Positions 19,689 to 28,096 of a stretch of 64,000 bases of DNA are shown in pieces. Location of the stretch: positions 128,001-192,000 of the forward strand of contig JAKFCT010000028.1 of the NCBI GenBank assembly GCA_036676495.1. The letters run 5' to 3'. The notes under the pieces were generated by a model that was not told the DNA's origin, did no database searches, and saw only the letters and a list, made by a program, of their open reading frames with translations. A program made the position numbers and the translations under genes. The first letter of the stretch is position 1, and each line of letters begins with the position of its first letter. This stretch comes from Candidatus Sericytochromatia bacterium. Lineage in GTDB: Bacteria; Cyanobacteriota; Sericytochromatia; S15B-MN24; UBA4093.

Positions 19689-20009
19689 GTGTCCCCGCGC
19701 TTCGAGAGCTTCGAGGAGTTCTGGCCTGATTACCTGGATCAACACCGCAATCCCGTTTGCCGCGCCTTCCACCTCGCAGGAACCCTGCTCGGGCTGGCCT
19801 GCCTGGGCTTGGGAGTCGTGGCATCGCCGGTTTGGCTGCCCGCAGCCCCCCTCAGCGGCTATGGGCTGGCATGGATCGGGCACTTCGCCTTCGAACGCAA
19901 TCGGCCCGCGACCTTCCGGCACCCCCTCTGGTCCTTGAGGGCGGATTTCCGAATGCTGGGGCTGATGCTGACGGGGCGGCTAAAGGGCGGGGCTAGGCGT
20001 CGAGAGTAG
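19689..20009 (+). CDS. DUF962/Mpo1-like membrane protein
   Basis: FEEFWPDYLDQH...H, WIGHFAFERNRPATFRHPLWSL; AAGGAGG RBS before GTG 19689. Confidence 0.9.
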   Translation: MSPRFESFEEFWPDYLDQHRNPVCRAFHLAGTLLGLACLGLGVVASPVWLPAAPLSGYGLAWIGHFAFERNRPATFRHPLWSLRADFRMLGLMLTGRLKGGARRRE

Positions 20010-20018
20010 GTGGCAAGA

Positions 20019-20888
20019 CTAGGCGGGAGCGGTCTCGCGGCCCCGAAGGTCACGCAGGGCGTCGATCGCTTTTTTCATGCGATCCGTGGTGAGATCCCAG
20101 ATAGGGCCCATGAGCCGCTCGGCGGCCTCTCCGGGCCACGCCTTCAGCGTGATCAGCCCCTCCCTCAGCGACTGTTTGTTCTCGGTCGTGGCCAAGAGGT
20201 TGGCGACGTCCTTCACGAGGTCCGGCGATGTCTTGAGGGCGTTCAGGAGCTCCTGAGCCGTTTCCGAGGGAGCGTCCATGGCGACGGCCAGCTTGTCACG
20301 AGCCACCTCTTCGGCGGTCTCGGCGATCACCGCGAGGCCGGTCGGATTGAGCGTGTCCTTGAGATTGGGGGTCACGGCCACCCGGATCAGGTCGTCGATC
20401 GGCAGCTTGGTCAGCCCCGCATCCAGGTAGGCGCGGCTATGCGTGGCATAGGCGAACGCCGTGAAGGCCTGATCGTTCAGCTCGATGCCGGGATTTCGGG
20501 CCAACTCGGTTTCGATGGCCACTTGCAGGTTCTTCCGGGCCCGAACCATCCACTCTTGGCCCTCCCGAGAGAGCTCCGGGCTCAAGACCTCGGTGAAGCG
20601 GCGCACGTAAACATCTCCGTAGCCCAGGTAGTAGGTGGGCGGGGAGGCTTCAGGGTATCGCGCCTGGAAATCGCGGTGGCGCTGCTGGTAGTAGTCGAGG
20701 TTGCCGTCCGGAGCGAGGGGGGTCGGGCGCCGCGGCGGGACGTTGCGTTCGAGGCCTTCTCCCAGGAGCAGGCGATCGCCCCGAGGGGACGCTTGCGGGG
20801 CGTCCTCCACGGGAGGCTTGCTGGCAGCGGGGAACTTCGGGGAGCGGTTCGGAGCCGTCCGCCCGAGCGGCTTCAAGCTATCGACCAT
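20019..20888 (-). CDS. hypothetical protein (low-complexity N-terminus plus conserved-looking PPxYYLGYG domain)
   Basis: long ORF; AAAGG upstream of ATG 20888; no recognised family. Confidence 0.7.
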   Translation of the reverse strand: MVDSLKPLGRTAPNRSPKFPAASKPPVEDAPQASPRGDRLLLGEGLERNVPPRRPTPLAPDGNLDYYQQRHRDFQARYPEASPPTYYLGYGDVYVRRFTEVLSPELSREGQEWMVRARKNLQVAIETELARNPGIELNDQAFTAFAYATHSRAYLDAGLTKLPIDDLIRVAVTPNLKDTLNPTGLAVIAETAEEVARDKLAVAMDAPSETAQELLNALKTSPDLVKDVANLLATTENKQSLREGLITLKAWPGEAAERLMGPIWDLTTDRMKKAIDALRDLRGRETAPA

Positions 20889-21019
20889 GACATCGCCTTT
20901 CGGAACGCGAAGCGCCTGCAACGACGAGCAGGCCCTGGAATCGACCGAGGGTATTGTACCCGCGCGTCCCGGCATTCTTGCGTCGGAGGAAGGCCCGACG
21001 GCGGCCCCCGAGCGATCGT

Positions 21020-21064
21020 CGTTGCTACAGGACAGCTAAACTTTCTCAAGCCTAGCGCGGGCGC
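21020..21064 (-). repeat. partial, inverted copy (E) of the structured dispersed repeat
   Basis: CGTTGCTACAGGACAGC matches the reverse complement of the 27718-copy right arm; ends GCGGGCGC at the msrA stop. Confidence 0.65.
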
Positions 21065-21630
21065 TAGCGCTTCAATCGATCGACGAAGAGCTTGCGGAAC
21101 TTCGCGACCTTGGGGGCCACGACGGCCGTGCAGTAAGGCTGGTAGGGGTTCCGGGCGAAGTACTCCTGATGGACCTCCTCGGCGGGGTAGAAGCGGTCGA
21201 GCGGCTCCACCTGGGTGACGATCGGCGCGTCGAAAAGGGCTTCCGCGGTGAGGGCGCGGATCACCTCTCTGGCCGTCGCTTCCTGCTTCGGGGACTGGGT
21301 GAAGATGACCGAGCGGTACTGGGTTCCCACATCGGCGCCCTGGCGGTTGAGGGTGGTGGGATCGTGGATGCTGAAGAAGACCTTCAAGAGGTCGGCATAA
21401 GAAAGCTCGGCCGGGTCGAAGTCGACCTGGACGACCTCGGCATGGCCCGTCCGACCGGTGCAGACCTGCTCGTAGGTGGGATCGGGCACCTGACCGCCCG
21501 CATATCCCGACTGCACGCGGGTCACGCCCTTCAGTTCGAGAAAGACCGCCTCCAGGCACCAGAAGCACCCGCCCCCCAAGGTCGCTTGCTCCAAGCCCCG
21601 ACCCACGCCCTGATCGCTGTCCGTCTCCAT
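21064..21630 (-). CDS. msrA: peptide-methionine (S)-S-oxide reductase
   Basis: [38 protein letters not shown]. Confidence 0.97.
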   Translation of the reverse strand: METDSDQGVGRGLEQATLGGGCFWCLEAVFLELKGVTRVQSGYAGGQVPDPTYEQVCTGRTGHAEVVQVDFDPAELSYADLLKVFFSIHDPTTLNRQGADVGTQYRSVIFTQSPKQEATAREVIRALTAEALFDAPIVTQVEPLDRFYPAEEVHQEYFARNPYQPYCTAVVAPKVAKFRKLFVDRLKR

Positions 21631-21863
21631 GCTTCCTCCCTCGGCGCCCGGCGCCTGAAAAGCGCATCCATGCTCGGCTTTCGAGCCTCGAAGCCCTAGC
21701 CCGCTCGCCTTTTCCTCGGGCCCATGAGCATCCTTCGTCCAGTGTAGCGCATTGCTGGACGGCCATCCTCCGGAAGATCAGTAGAACGCCGAAATGGGCA
21801 CCAAGTGCCAACTTGGAGGTATAATCGGGACCGAAACCCGCACCCCTTCGAAAGGACCGCCCC

Positions 21864-23309
21864 GTGACTCCCGAGGTTCTCTGTACGACAGCCAGTTACA
21901 GCATCACCATTCGGCTTCGTGTCTCCAATCGACCCGGCATGCTCGGGGCGATCGCCACCCGCATCGGCGAGGCCGGCGGGGATATCGGAGCCGTGGATAT
22001 CGTCGAGGTCGAGCCGGAAAGCCTGATCCGCGACCTGACGGTGAACTGCCGCGACGAGCGGCATGGCGACCTGATCGTGGAGGCCCTGAACGGCCTCGCG
22101 GGCGTGGAGGTGCTCCACGTTTCGGATCTGACCTTCCTCGCGCACCTGGGCGGCAAAATCGAGATCAAGAACCGGGTGCCCCTCAAGACGCGCAACGACC
22201 TCTCCCGCGTCTACACTCCGGGCGTGGCGCGAGTTTGCCAGGCCATCGCCACCGATCCCGGCAAGGCCTACACGCTCACCATCAAGCGCAACTCGGTCGC
22301 GGTGATCACCGACGGCTCGGCGGTGCTGGGCCTGGGAGACCTCGGTCCCGAGGCGGCGCTGCCGGTCATGGAGGGCAAGGCCATGCTCTTCAAGGAGTTC
22401 GCGGGCGTGGACGCGTGGCCCCTCTGCCTGGACGGCCGGGACGTCGACGGGCTCGTGGCGGCAATCAAGGCGATCGCCCCCGGCTTCGGCGGCATCAACC
22501 TCGAGGATATCGCGGCGCCCCGCTGCTTCGAGATCGAGGAACGCCTCCGCCAGGAGCTGGATATCCCGGTCATGCACGACGACCAGCACGGCACGGCCGT
22601 GGTGGTGCTCGCGGCCCTCTTCAACGCCCTCAAGCTCACGGGGCGCAAGATCGACGAGATCCGCGTGGTGGTCAACGGGATCGGCGCAGCCGGAACGGCG
22701 ATCGCCAAGATGCTCATGAACGCCGGCGTCCAGAACCTGATCGGCTGTGACCGGCACGGCATCCTCAACCGCGACCAGCTCGAGGGGCTCCCCCCTCACC
22801 AGCGCTGGCTCGCCGAGAACTCCAACCCCGAGCGGCGCCAGGGCGGCCAGCGCGAAGCCCTCCTGGGGGCGGACGTCCTGGTCGGCGTCTCAGGGCCCGG
22901 CACCATCCAGCCCGAGTTCCTCGCCGGCATGCGACCGGGAGCCATCGTCTTCGCGATGGCCAACCCCGACCCGGAGATTCACCCCGAGGACGCCCATGCC
23001 TTCGCGCGCATCGTCGCCACCGGACGCTCGGACTACGCCAACCAGATCAACAACGTGCTCTGCTTCCCCGGGATCTTCCGCGGCGCGCTCGATTGCCGAG
23101 CCACCGAGATCAACGAGGCCATGAAGCTGGCGGCCGCCCGGGCGATCGCCGACATCATCCCCGAGCATGAGCTCCGCGACGACTACATCATCCCGAGCGT
23201 CTTCAACCGGAAGGTCGCCCCCGCGGTTGCCGAAGCCGTCATCCAGGCCGCCTACGAAACCGGAGTGGCCCGCCGGGAGCGCCGCAACCTGGAGCTCGAA
23301 CGCGCGTAA
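21864..23309 (+). CDS. NAD(P)-dependent malic enzyme with N-terminal ACT domain
   Basis: NRPGMLG ACT motif, YTPGVA, VMEGKA, INLEDI, HDDQHGT, GRSDY.NQINN. Confidence 0.95.
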   Translation: MTPEVLCTTASYSITIRLRVSNRPGMLGAIATRIGEAGGDIGAVDIVEVEPESLIRDLTVNCRDERHGDLIVEALNGLAGVEVLHVSDLTFLAHLGGKIEIKNRVPLKTRNDLSRVYTPGVARVCQAIATDPGKAYTLTIKRNSVAVITDGSAVLGLGDLGPEAALPVMEGKAMLFKEFAGVDAWPLCLDGRDVDGLVAAIKAIAPGFGGINLEDIAAPRCFEIEERLRQELDIPVMHDDQHGTAVVVLAALFNALKLTGRKIDEIRVVVNGIGAAGTAIAKMLMNAGVQNLIGCDRHGILNRDQLEGLPPHQRWLAENSNPERRQGGQREALLGADVLVGVSGPGTIQPEFLAGMRPGAIVFAMANPDPEIHPEDAHAFARIVATGRSDYANQINNVLCFPGIFRGALDCRATEINEAMKLAAARAIADIIPEHELRDDYIIPSVFNRKVAPAVAEAVIQAAYETGVARRERRNLELERA

Positions 23310-23359
23310 CCGCGCGCCGCAACCTCCTCGGCAGGACCGGGCGCCCGCCCGGTCGCATC

Positions 23360-23405
23360 GAAACAGGCTCAGGTGCCGCTAGATAGCGGCACCTGAGCCT
23401 GTTTC
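23360..23405. terminator. 22-bp perfect hairpin between convergent genes
   Basis: GAAACAGGCTCAGGTGCCGCTA-GA-TAGCGGCACCTGAGCCTGTTTC. Confidence 0.65.
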
Positions 23406-23445
23406 AGCAGACCCAACAGCGGGGGCGAACGCCCTGTGTTGGGCG

Positions 23446-23925
23446 CTAACCCTGGAAGACGGGAAGGCTTCCAGGGTGCCGGTACACCTCCAGGCAGTTG
23501 GTCACGCCTCGTACGCCGCGCACGCCTTGCACGCAACGGATCACGGCGTCCACCTCCCGTGCCAGGATCGGCCCCGCCACGGTCACCATGCCATCCTGCA
23601 CCGTCACCAGGATGTTTCGGGGATGATCACTGCAATGGCCGATCTGCGAGCGAATCCGCTCGATCAAGACCTCGTCGGAGACCGCCTCGTCGCGCAGCGC
23701 CGCCTGAGCCTCGGCGATCCGGCCGCGCATGCGGTTGCGGAGGTGCCGCGAACGGGAAGCCATGCGGCCGCTCACGACCCGCTGCTCCCACGTCGCCCGG
23801 CTCGCCTGGATCCGGGCCACGCGTCGGCGCCGCCGGCCCCGCTCCACCTCTCGAGCGAAGACCATGCCCGCTCCCAAAAGCGCTCCAAGGACAAAGCCAA
23901 CGCCTACGGCGATCCCCCGTCTCAT
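23446..23925 (-). CDS. BON domain protein with N-terminal membrane anchor
   Basis: SDEVLIERIRSQIG...VTVQDGMVTVAG...GVRGVTNCL; GGAGG RBS before ATG 23925. Confidence 0.85.
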   Translation of the reverse strand: MRRGIAVGVGFVLGALLGAGMVFAREVERGRRRRRVARIQASRATWEQRVVSGRMASRSRHLRNRMRGRIAEAQAALRDEAVSDEVLIERIRSQIGHCSDHPRNILVTVQDGMVTVAGPILAREVDAVIRCVQGVRGVRGVTNCLEVYRHPGSLPVFQG

Positions 23926-24036
23926 CCTTCCTCCTTCGCTCGGCGAGCCGACGCGGCCGAGCAAACCCTCAGCGTCCGACCCGGCATCCCCATGCGGTGC
24001 ATCCGCCCTTCATCAAGACGCCTGATCAGCAGGATA

Positions 24037-25560
24037 TCACATAAAGCTTTGTAAAGGGAGGGGGTTGTAGAGCCGTTGATGCTGATCCCTGAGCAAATTC
24101 TTCTGGATCTTGCCCATGGCGTTGCGAGGCAGCTCGTCCGCGAAGAAGACGCGCTTGGGAACCTTGTAGTTGGCCAGCCGCGCCTTGAGCGCCGCCAGGA
24201 TCTCGGCCTCCTGCAGCGAGCCGTCCGCCTTGACGATCGCCACGCCCACCTCCCCGAAGTCCGGATGCGGCACGCCCACCACGGCGCTCTCCACCACCCC
24301 AGGCAGATCGTCGATCAGGGCCTCGATCTCCTTGGGATAGACGTTGAAGCCTCCCGAGATGATCATGTCCTTGGCCCGTCCCACGATGGAGAGGTAGCCG
24401 CGCGCGTCCAGCCGGCCGACGTCCCCGGTCTTGAAGAAGCCGTCCGACGTGAACTCCGCCGCCGTCTTCTCTGGAAGGCGCCAGTAGCCCGCCATGACGT
24501 TCGGGCCCTTGACCTGGATCTCGCCGACCTCCCCTTGCGGCAAGGCCGCCCCATCCTCGCCGACCACCCGGACCTCGACGCCCGCAAACGGCCTTCCGAC
24601 CGAACCCGGCACGCGCGGGCCCTCGTAGGGGTTCCCCGTGTTCATCCCAGTCTCGGTCATCCCGTAGCGCTCCAGGATGACGTGGCCCGTCCGGGCCTCG
24701 AACTCCCGGTGCGTCTCGGCCAGCAGCGGAGCCGACCCCGAGACGAACAGGCGAATGCGGCGACACGCCTCGCGTCCGAAATCCGCTCCGGCCAGCAGGC
24801 GCGTGTAGTAGGTGGGCACCCCCATGAAGACCGTCGCCTCGGGCAAGAGGGCCATGACCCGCTCTCGCTCGAAGCGAGGCAACCAGAGCATGCGCGCCCC
24901 GGAGAGCAGGGCGCAATGCGAGGCCACGAAGAGGCCGTGCGTATGGAAGATGGGCAAGGCATGCAGCAGGACGTCGTCAGCGGTGAAGCGCCAGGCCTCC
25001 ACCAGGGCGAGCGCATTGGTCGCCAGGTTGCGATGCGTCAGCATGGCACCCTTGGGCTTGCCCGTCGTTCCCGAGGTGTAGAGCATGGCCGCCAGATCGT
25101 GCTCCCGGCACTCCGCGATCCCGGCCGCCGCCGCCGTCTCTGCCTCCCGGCAGAACGACCCCTGCCCCTCCTCGCCGAGGCTGTAGACATGCCTCACGCC
25201 TCGGCGCTGGGCGATCGCGCGGCTCGTCGCCTCGGTTTCCGGGCGGTGAATGAAGGCGGCCGGTTCGGCGTCTCCCAGCAGGAAGTCGACCTCGTCGTCC
25301 TGATAGGCGGCATTCATGGGCATGAAGACGAAGCCCGCACGCAGGCAAGCCAGGTACACCATGAGCGCCTCGGGAGACTTGTCCACCTGGACCGCCACGC
25401 GATCCCCCTGCCGAACCCCGAGCCCGCTCAAGAAACCCGCGTACCGCGACGTGCGATCCAGCACCTGGGCGCCGGTAAGCAGGGGGCCTCCCGGGATCTC
25501 CAGAATCGGCGCGTCGGGAGCCGAGGTGAGGCGATCGTGAATCAGGCGGTAAAGGGACAT
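24037..25560 (-). CDS. matB: malonyl-CoA synthetase (MatB-like acyl-CoA ligase)
   Basis: YTSGTTGKPKG, LHALPIFHTHGLFVA, MGVPTYYTRL, ILERYGMTE, PRNAMGKIQKN; AGGAGG RBS before ATG 25560. Confidence 0.88.
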   Translation of the reverse strand: MSLYRLIHDRLTSAPDAPILEIPGGPLLTGAQVLDRTSRYAGFLSGLGVRQGDRVAVQVDKSPEALMVYLACLRAGFVFMPMNAAYQDDEVDFLLGDAEPAAFIHRPETEATSRAIAQRRGVRHVYSLGEEGQGSFCREAETAAAAGIAECREHDLAAMLYTSGTTGKPKGAMLTHRNLATNALALVEAWRFTADDVLLHALPIFHTHGLFVASHCALLSGARMLWLPRFERERVMALLPEATVFMGVPTYYTRLLAGADFGREACRRIRLFVSGSAPLLAETHREFEARTGHVILERYGMTETGMNTGNPYEGPRVPGSVGRPFAGVEVRVVGEDGAALPQGEVGEIQVKGPNVMAGYWRLPEKTAAEFTSDGFFKTGDVGRLDARGYLSIVGRAKDMIISGGFNVYPKEIEALIDDLPGVVESAVVGVPHPDFGEVGVAIVKADGSLQEAEILAALKARLANYKVPKRVFFADELPRNAMGKIQKNLLRDQHQRLYNPLPLQSFM

Positions 25561-25814
25561 GCAGCCTCCTTGGGAGCCATCAGCGGCAGCGAGGGACGGG
25601 AGCCATTGTAGCTCCCGCTCGGATCCTCCCGCCATGCCCACGGCCCGCTCCCTGACCTCTCGGCGATAGGACAATTTATCGGTCCTTGTGGATTATTTTT
25701 CGAACTTTCGCAAAACCTCACAGGAAAACCCGTTTCCCGGGAATGAAAAGCTAGGCCCCTGCGCCAATCAGCTCAGGCGAAAACAGGGACGCTCGATGCG
25801 AAGGAGGAAGCGGG

Positions 25815-26522
25815 ATGTCCGTTCCAAGCTACCCGTTTCGCGCGGTACTCTTCGACTTGGACGGAGTGATCGTCGAAACCATCCCCCTGCTCCGGCAGGT
25901 CTGGATGGCGTTCGTCCGTGAGCAGGGCATCACGCCCTCCGAAGATCGGATTCGGAGCTTCTATGGCCGACGGGGAGTGGACATCGTGCGGGAACTCTTC
26001 GGCCTCCCCGGCCCCGAAGCGGAGGACCTGGCCGCAGTCTGCGAAGCGCGCTACCAAGAGCAGTTGACGGAAGCGGTCCTTCCGACCGTTCCGGGAATCC
26101 AGCCCTACCTCGATGCCCTCGGCGCGCTCGGGGTCAGGCGCATCCTGACCACCAGCGCCACGGAAGCGGTGGCTCAGGTGGTCTTGCGGCGCGTTGGCTT
26201 GGAGGAGTGCTTCGACGGCATGGTGACCGCCGATCTCGTCCGCCGCGGCAAGCCCCATCCAGAGCCTTACCTGGCGGCCGCCATGCTGGCCGGAGCCCCT
26301 CCCGGTGATTGCCTGGTGGTCGAGGATGCCGTCGCCGGAGTCCGCGCCGCCACGGCGGCCGGATCGCCTTGCCTCGGGATCGCCAGCAGCGAGCCGCCCG
26401 AGACCCTGCTGGCGCACGGGGCACGGTGGTGCGTCCCGAATTTCGAGCAGCTTCCCGAAGCCTTGCGCGTTCCCGGCATGACGTCCGGGGACGCGAAAGT
26501 CGAAGGGTCTTCCTCACGATAA
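25815..26522 (+). CDS. HAD-family phosphatase (beta-PGM/CbbY-like)
   Basis: FDLDGV, GKPHPEPY, VEDAVAG. Confidence 0.92.
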   Translation: MSVPSYPFRAVLFDLDGVIVETIPLLRQVWMAFVREQGITPSEDRIRSFYGRRGVDIVRELFGLPGPEAEDLAAVCEARYQEQLTEAVLPTVPGIQPYLDALGALGVRRILTTSATEAVAQVVLRRVGLEECFDGMVTADLVRRGKPHPEPYLAAAMLAGAPPGDCLVVEDAVAGVRAATAAGSPCLGIASSEPPETLLAHGARWCVPNFEQLPEALRVPGMTSGDAKVEGSSSR

Positions 26523-26614
26523 TCGGATGAGCGGGCCGCGCGGCCCCGCGCGAGGTTTTCCGCGCACCGTTGCCGGAAAACCATGCCCGCTTGCATGTGA
26601 CGAGGAAGGCCCCG

Positions 26615-27676
26615 ATGGATCTCTCGAGCATCCCGCCCCAATCGAAGCCCCCGATCCAGGTGGAAGTTCGCGTGGCGGACGAACTGGCGTACCGCGTGGA
26701 GAATCCCCCCGTCTCCCAGCAGGAGCGGGACCAGGCCGAGTCGAAGCGCCAGAGCAAGCGTGCCGACATCGCCCCGGGGCAGATGCTGGCGCGAAAGTCC
26801 GACGGAGGCAAGCGCGGCATCCGGCAACTCCGCCAGGAATCCGCCGCCGAGACGAATCAGCCCTTCACCGGCCTCCAGAAAGCCGGTAAGGTCTGGCAAA
26901 CCCCGGCGATCCGCAACCCCGACGATCCCCAGGGCAAGTTCGACCCTTACGCCTACCTGCCTCACATGGTCTTCGCGGCCAATGAGGACTCCTTCCCGAT
27001 CCTGCCGGACTTCGACCGGGACGGCAAGACCAAGACGGATGCCGCGGCCTATCGCCACGGGATCATCGGGGGCAAGCAACCCCTTCACGGCAGCGTCTCC
27101 GTCGCCCAGAAGGGCGAGTTCACCGTCCTCACCTACAGCCACTACTACGTGGACAACAAGTTCACGAATTACCACGCGACCGATTCGAGCACCATGGCCG
27201 TCTACCTCAAACCCGGCAAGAACGGCAAGCTCGAGCCCGCGTACCTCTACACCTCCTGGCATTACGGGGCGACCATGACTCCCTGGGCGGATCTATCGAA
27301 GGACGAGCAAGGACGGCCCGTCGTCCTCGTCGAACGAAGCAGCCATGCGCTTCACCCCTACGGAAAAGACGAGGCGATCCCCAGGTCGGGGCTCCACATC
27401 TCCGGGGACGGCTCGGCCTCCTTGGATGGCAAAGCCCTCTCCAACCGGATGGAATGGGTGAGTCCGCAAGACTCCTTCACGCACGCCACGGTGCTGGATC
27501 TTGCGACGCCGCGCGACCAGGACCTGATGATGTTCTTTTACGAGCGCTACCCCGAGCGGACCGATCCCATCCACCCCGTCCTCTTCGGCCAGGTCTATCC
27601 CGCCAAGGAGTCGCTCTCGCCCGTATCGAAGCTTCTCGACAGGGCGAAGGCGCTTCTCACCCAGCTCTTTTCTTGA
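26615..27676 (+). CDS. hypothetical protein, distant NPP1/Vps62-like pattern
   Basis: TYSHYY...HATD, WHYG, RPVVLVERSSHA; DxDxDG loop; family assignment is weak. Confidence 0.6.
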   Translation: MDLSSIPPQSKPPIQVEVRVADELAYRVENPPVSQQERDQAESKRQSKRADIAPGQMLARKSDGGKRGIRQLRQESAAETNQPFTGLQKAGKVWQTPAIRNPDDPQGKFDPYAYLPHMVFAANEDSFPILPDFDRDGKTKTDAAAYRHGIIGGKQPLHGSVSVAQKGEFTVLTYSHYYVDNKFTNYHATDSSTMAVYLKPGKNGKLEPAYLYTSWHYGATMTPWADLSKDEQGRPVVLVERSSHALHPYGKDEAIPRSGLHISGDGSASLDGKALSNRMEWVSPQDSFTHATVLDLATPRDQDLMMFFYERYPERTDPIHPVLFGQVYPAKESLSPVSKLLDRAKALLTQLFS

Positions 27677-27680
27677 AGGA

Positions 27681-27710
27681 AATCGCCGGCCCCCTCGGGG
27701 GCCGGCGATT
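27681..27710. terminator. 14-bp perfect hairpin
   Basis: AATCGCCGGCCCCC-TC-GGGGGCCGGCGATT directly after the stop at 27676. Confidence 0.65.
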
Positions 27711-27717
27711 CGTCTTA

Positions 27718-27808
27718 GCGCCCGCGGCTGTTGCGTAAGGCAGCGAGCGTTTGCCGTGAAAGGCATGAACAGGGCCTTAAAGTCAAAGCTCGCTGACCTG
27801 TAGCAACG
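27718..27808 (+). repeat. structured dispersed repeat, copy A
   Basis: GCGCCCGCGGCTGTTGCGTAAGGCAGCGAGC...GCTCGCTGACCTGTAGCAACG; aligns with the copies at 33863, 60475 and 60553. Confidence 0.8.
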
Positions 27809-27817
27809 TTTTTCGCT

Positions 27818-28096
27818 CTAGAAGTGTCGGTAGCCTTCCAGGCTTTGCCAGAAGACCACTCCGTCCTCGGGATGACCGGTCGTCAGGATCGACTCCAGCA
27901 GGTCGAGCACGGGATCGAGCTGCGCGTCGGGGAGGATCAGCTCCACCCGGCAGCGCTCGATCAGCCCGAGGGGGCCGGACTCCCTGCCGAAGCCCTCGAC
28001 CCGGCTGAGGCTCAGCCCCGGAACCGGGTGATCCGCCAGGGCGCGAACCACCTTCTCCCGGCGCGAAACCGGAAAGATCACCGTCACCAACTTCAT
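27818..28096 (-). CDS. P-II family protein encoded in the czc operon
   Basis: MKLVTVI, GLSLSRVEGFGR, TGHPEDGVVF; short T-loop; overlaps the czcA stop. Confidence 0.8.
   Translation of the reverse strand: MKLVTVIFPVSRREKVVRALADHPVPGLSLSRVEGFGRESGPLGLIERCRVELILPDAQLDPVLDLLESILTTGHPEDGVVFWQSLEGYRHF

Noticed and set aside
27718-27808. Canonical integron attC site
   Set aside because: attC runs RYYYAAC...GTTRRRY; here the order is GTT...AAC on both strands, and there is no integrase or cassette array.
27740-27808. c-di-GMP-I riboswitch
   Set aside because: GAAA and CAAAGC words occur, but the P1/P2 order is not matched and this copy lies between two convergent gene ends.
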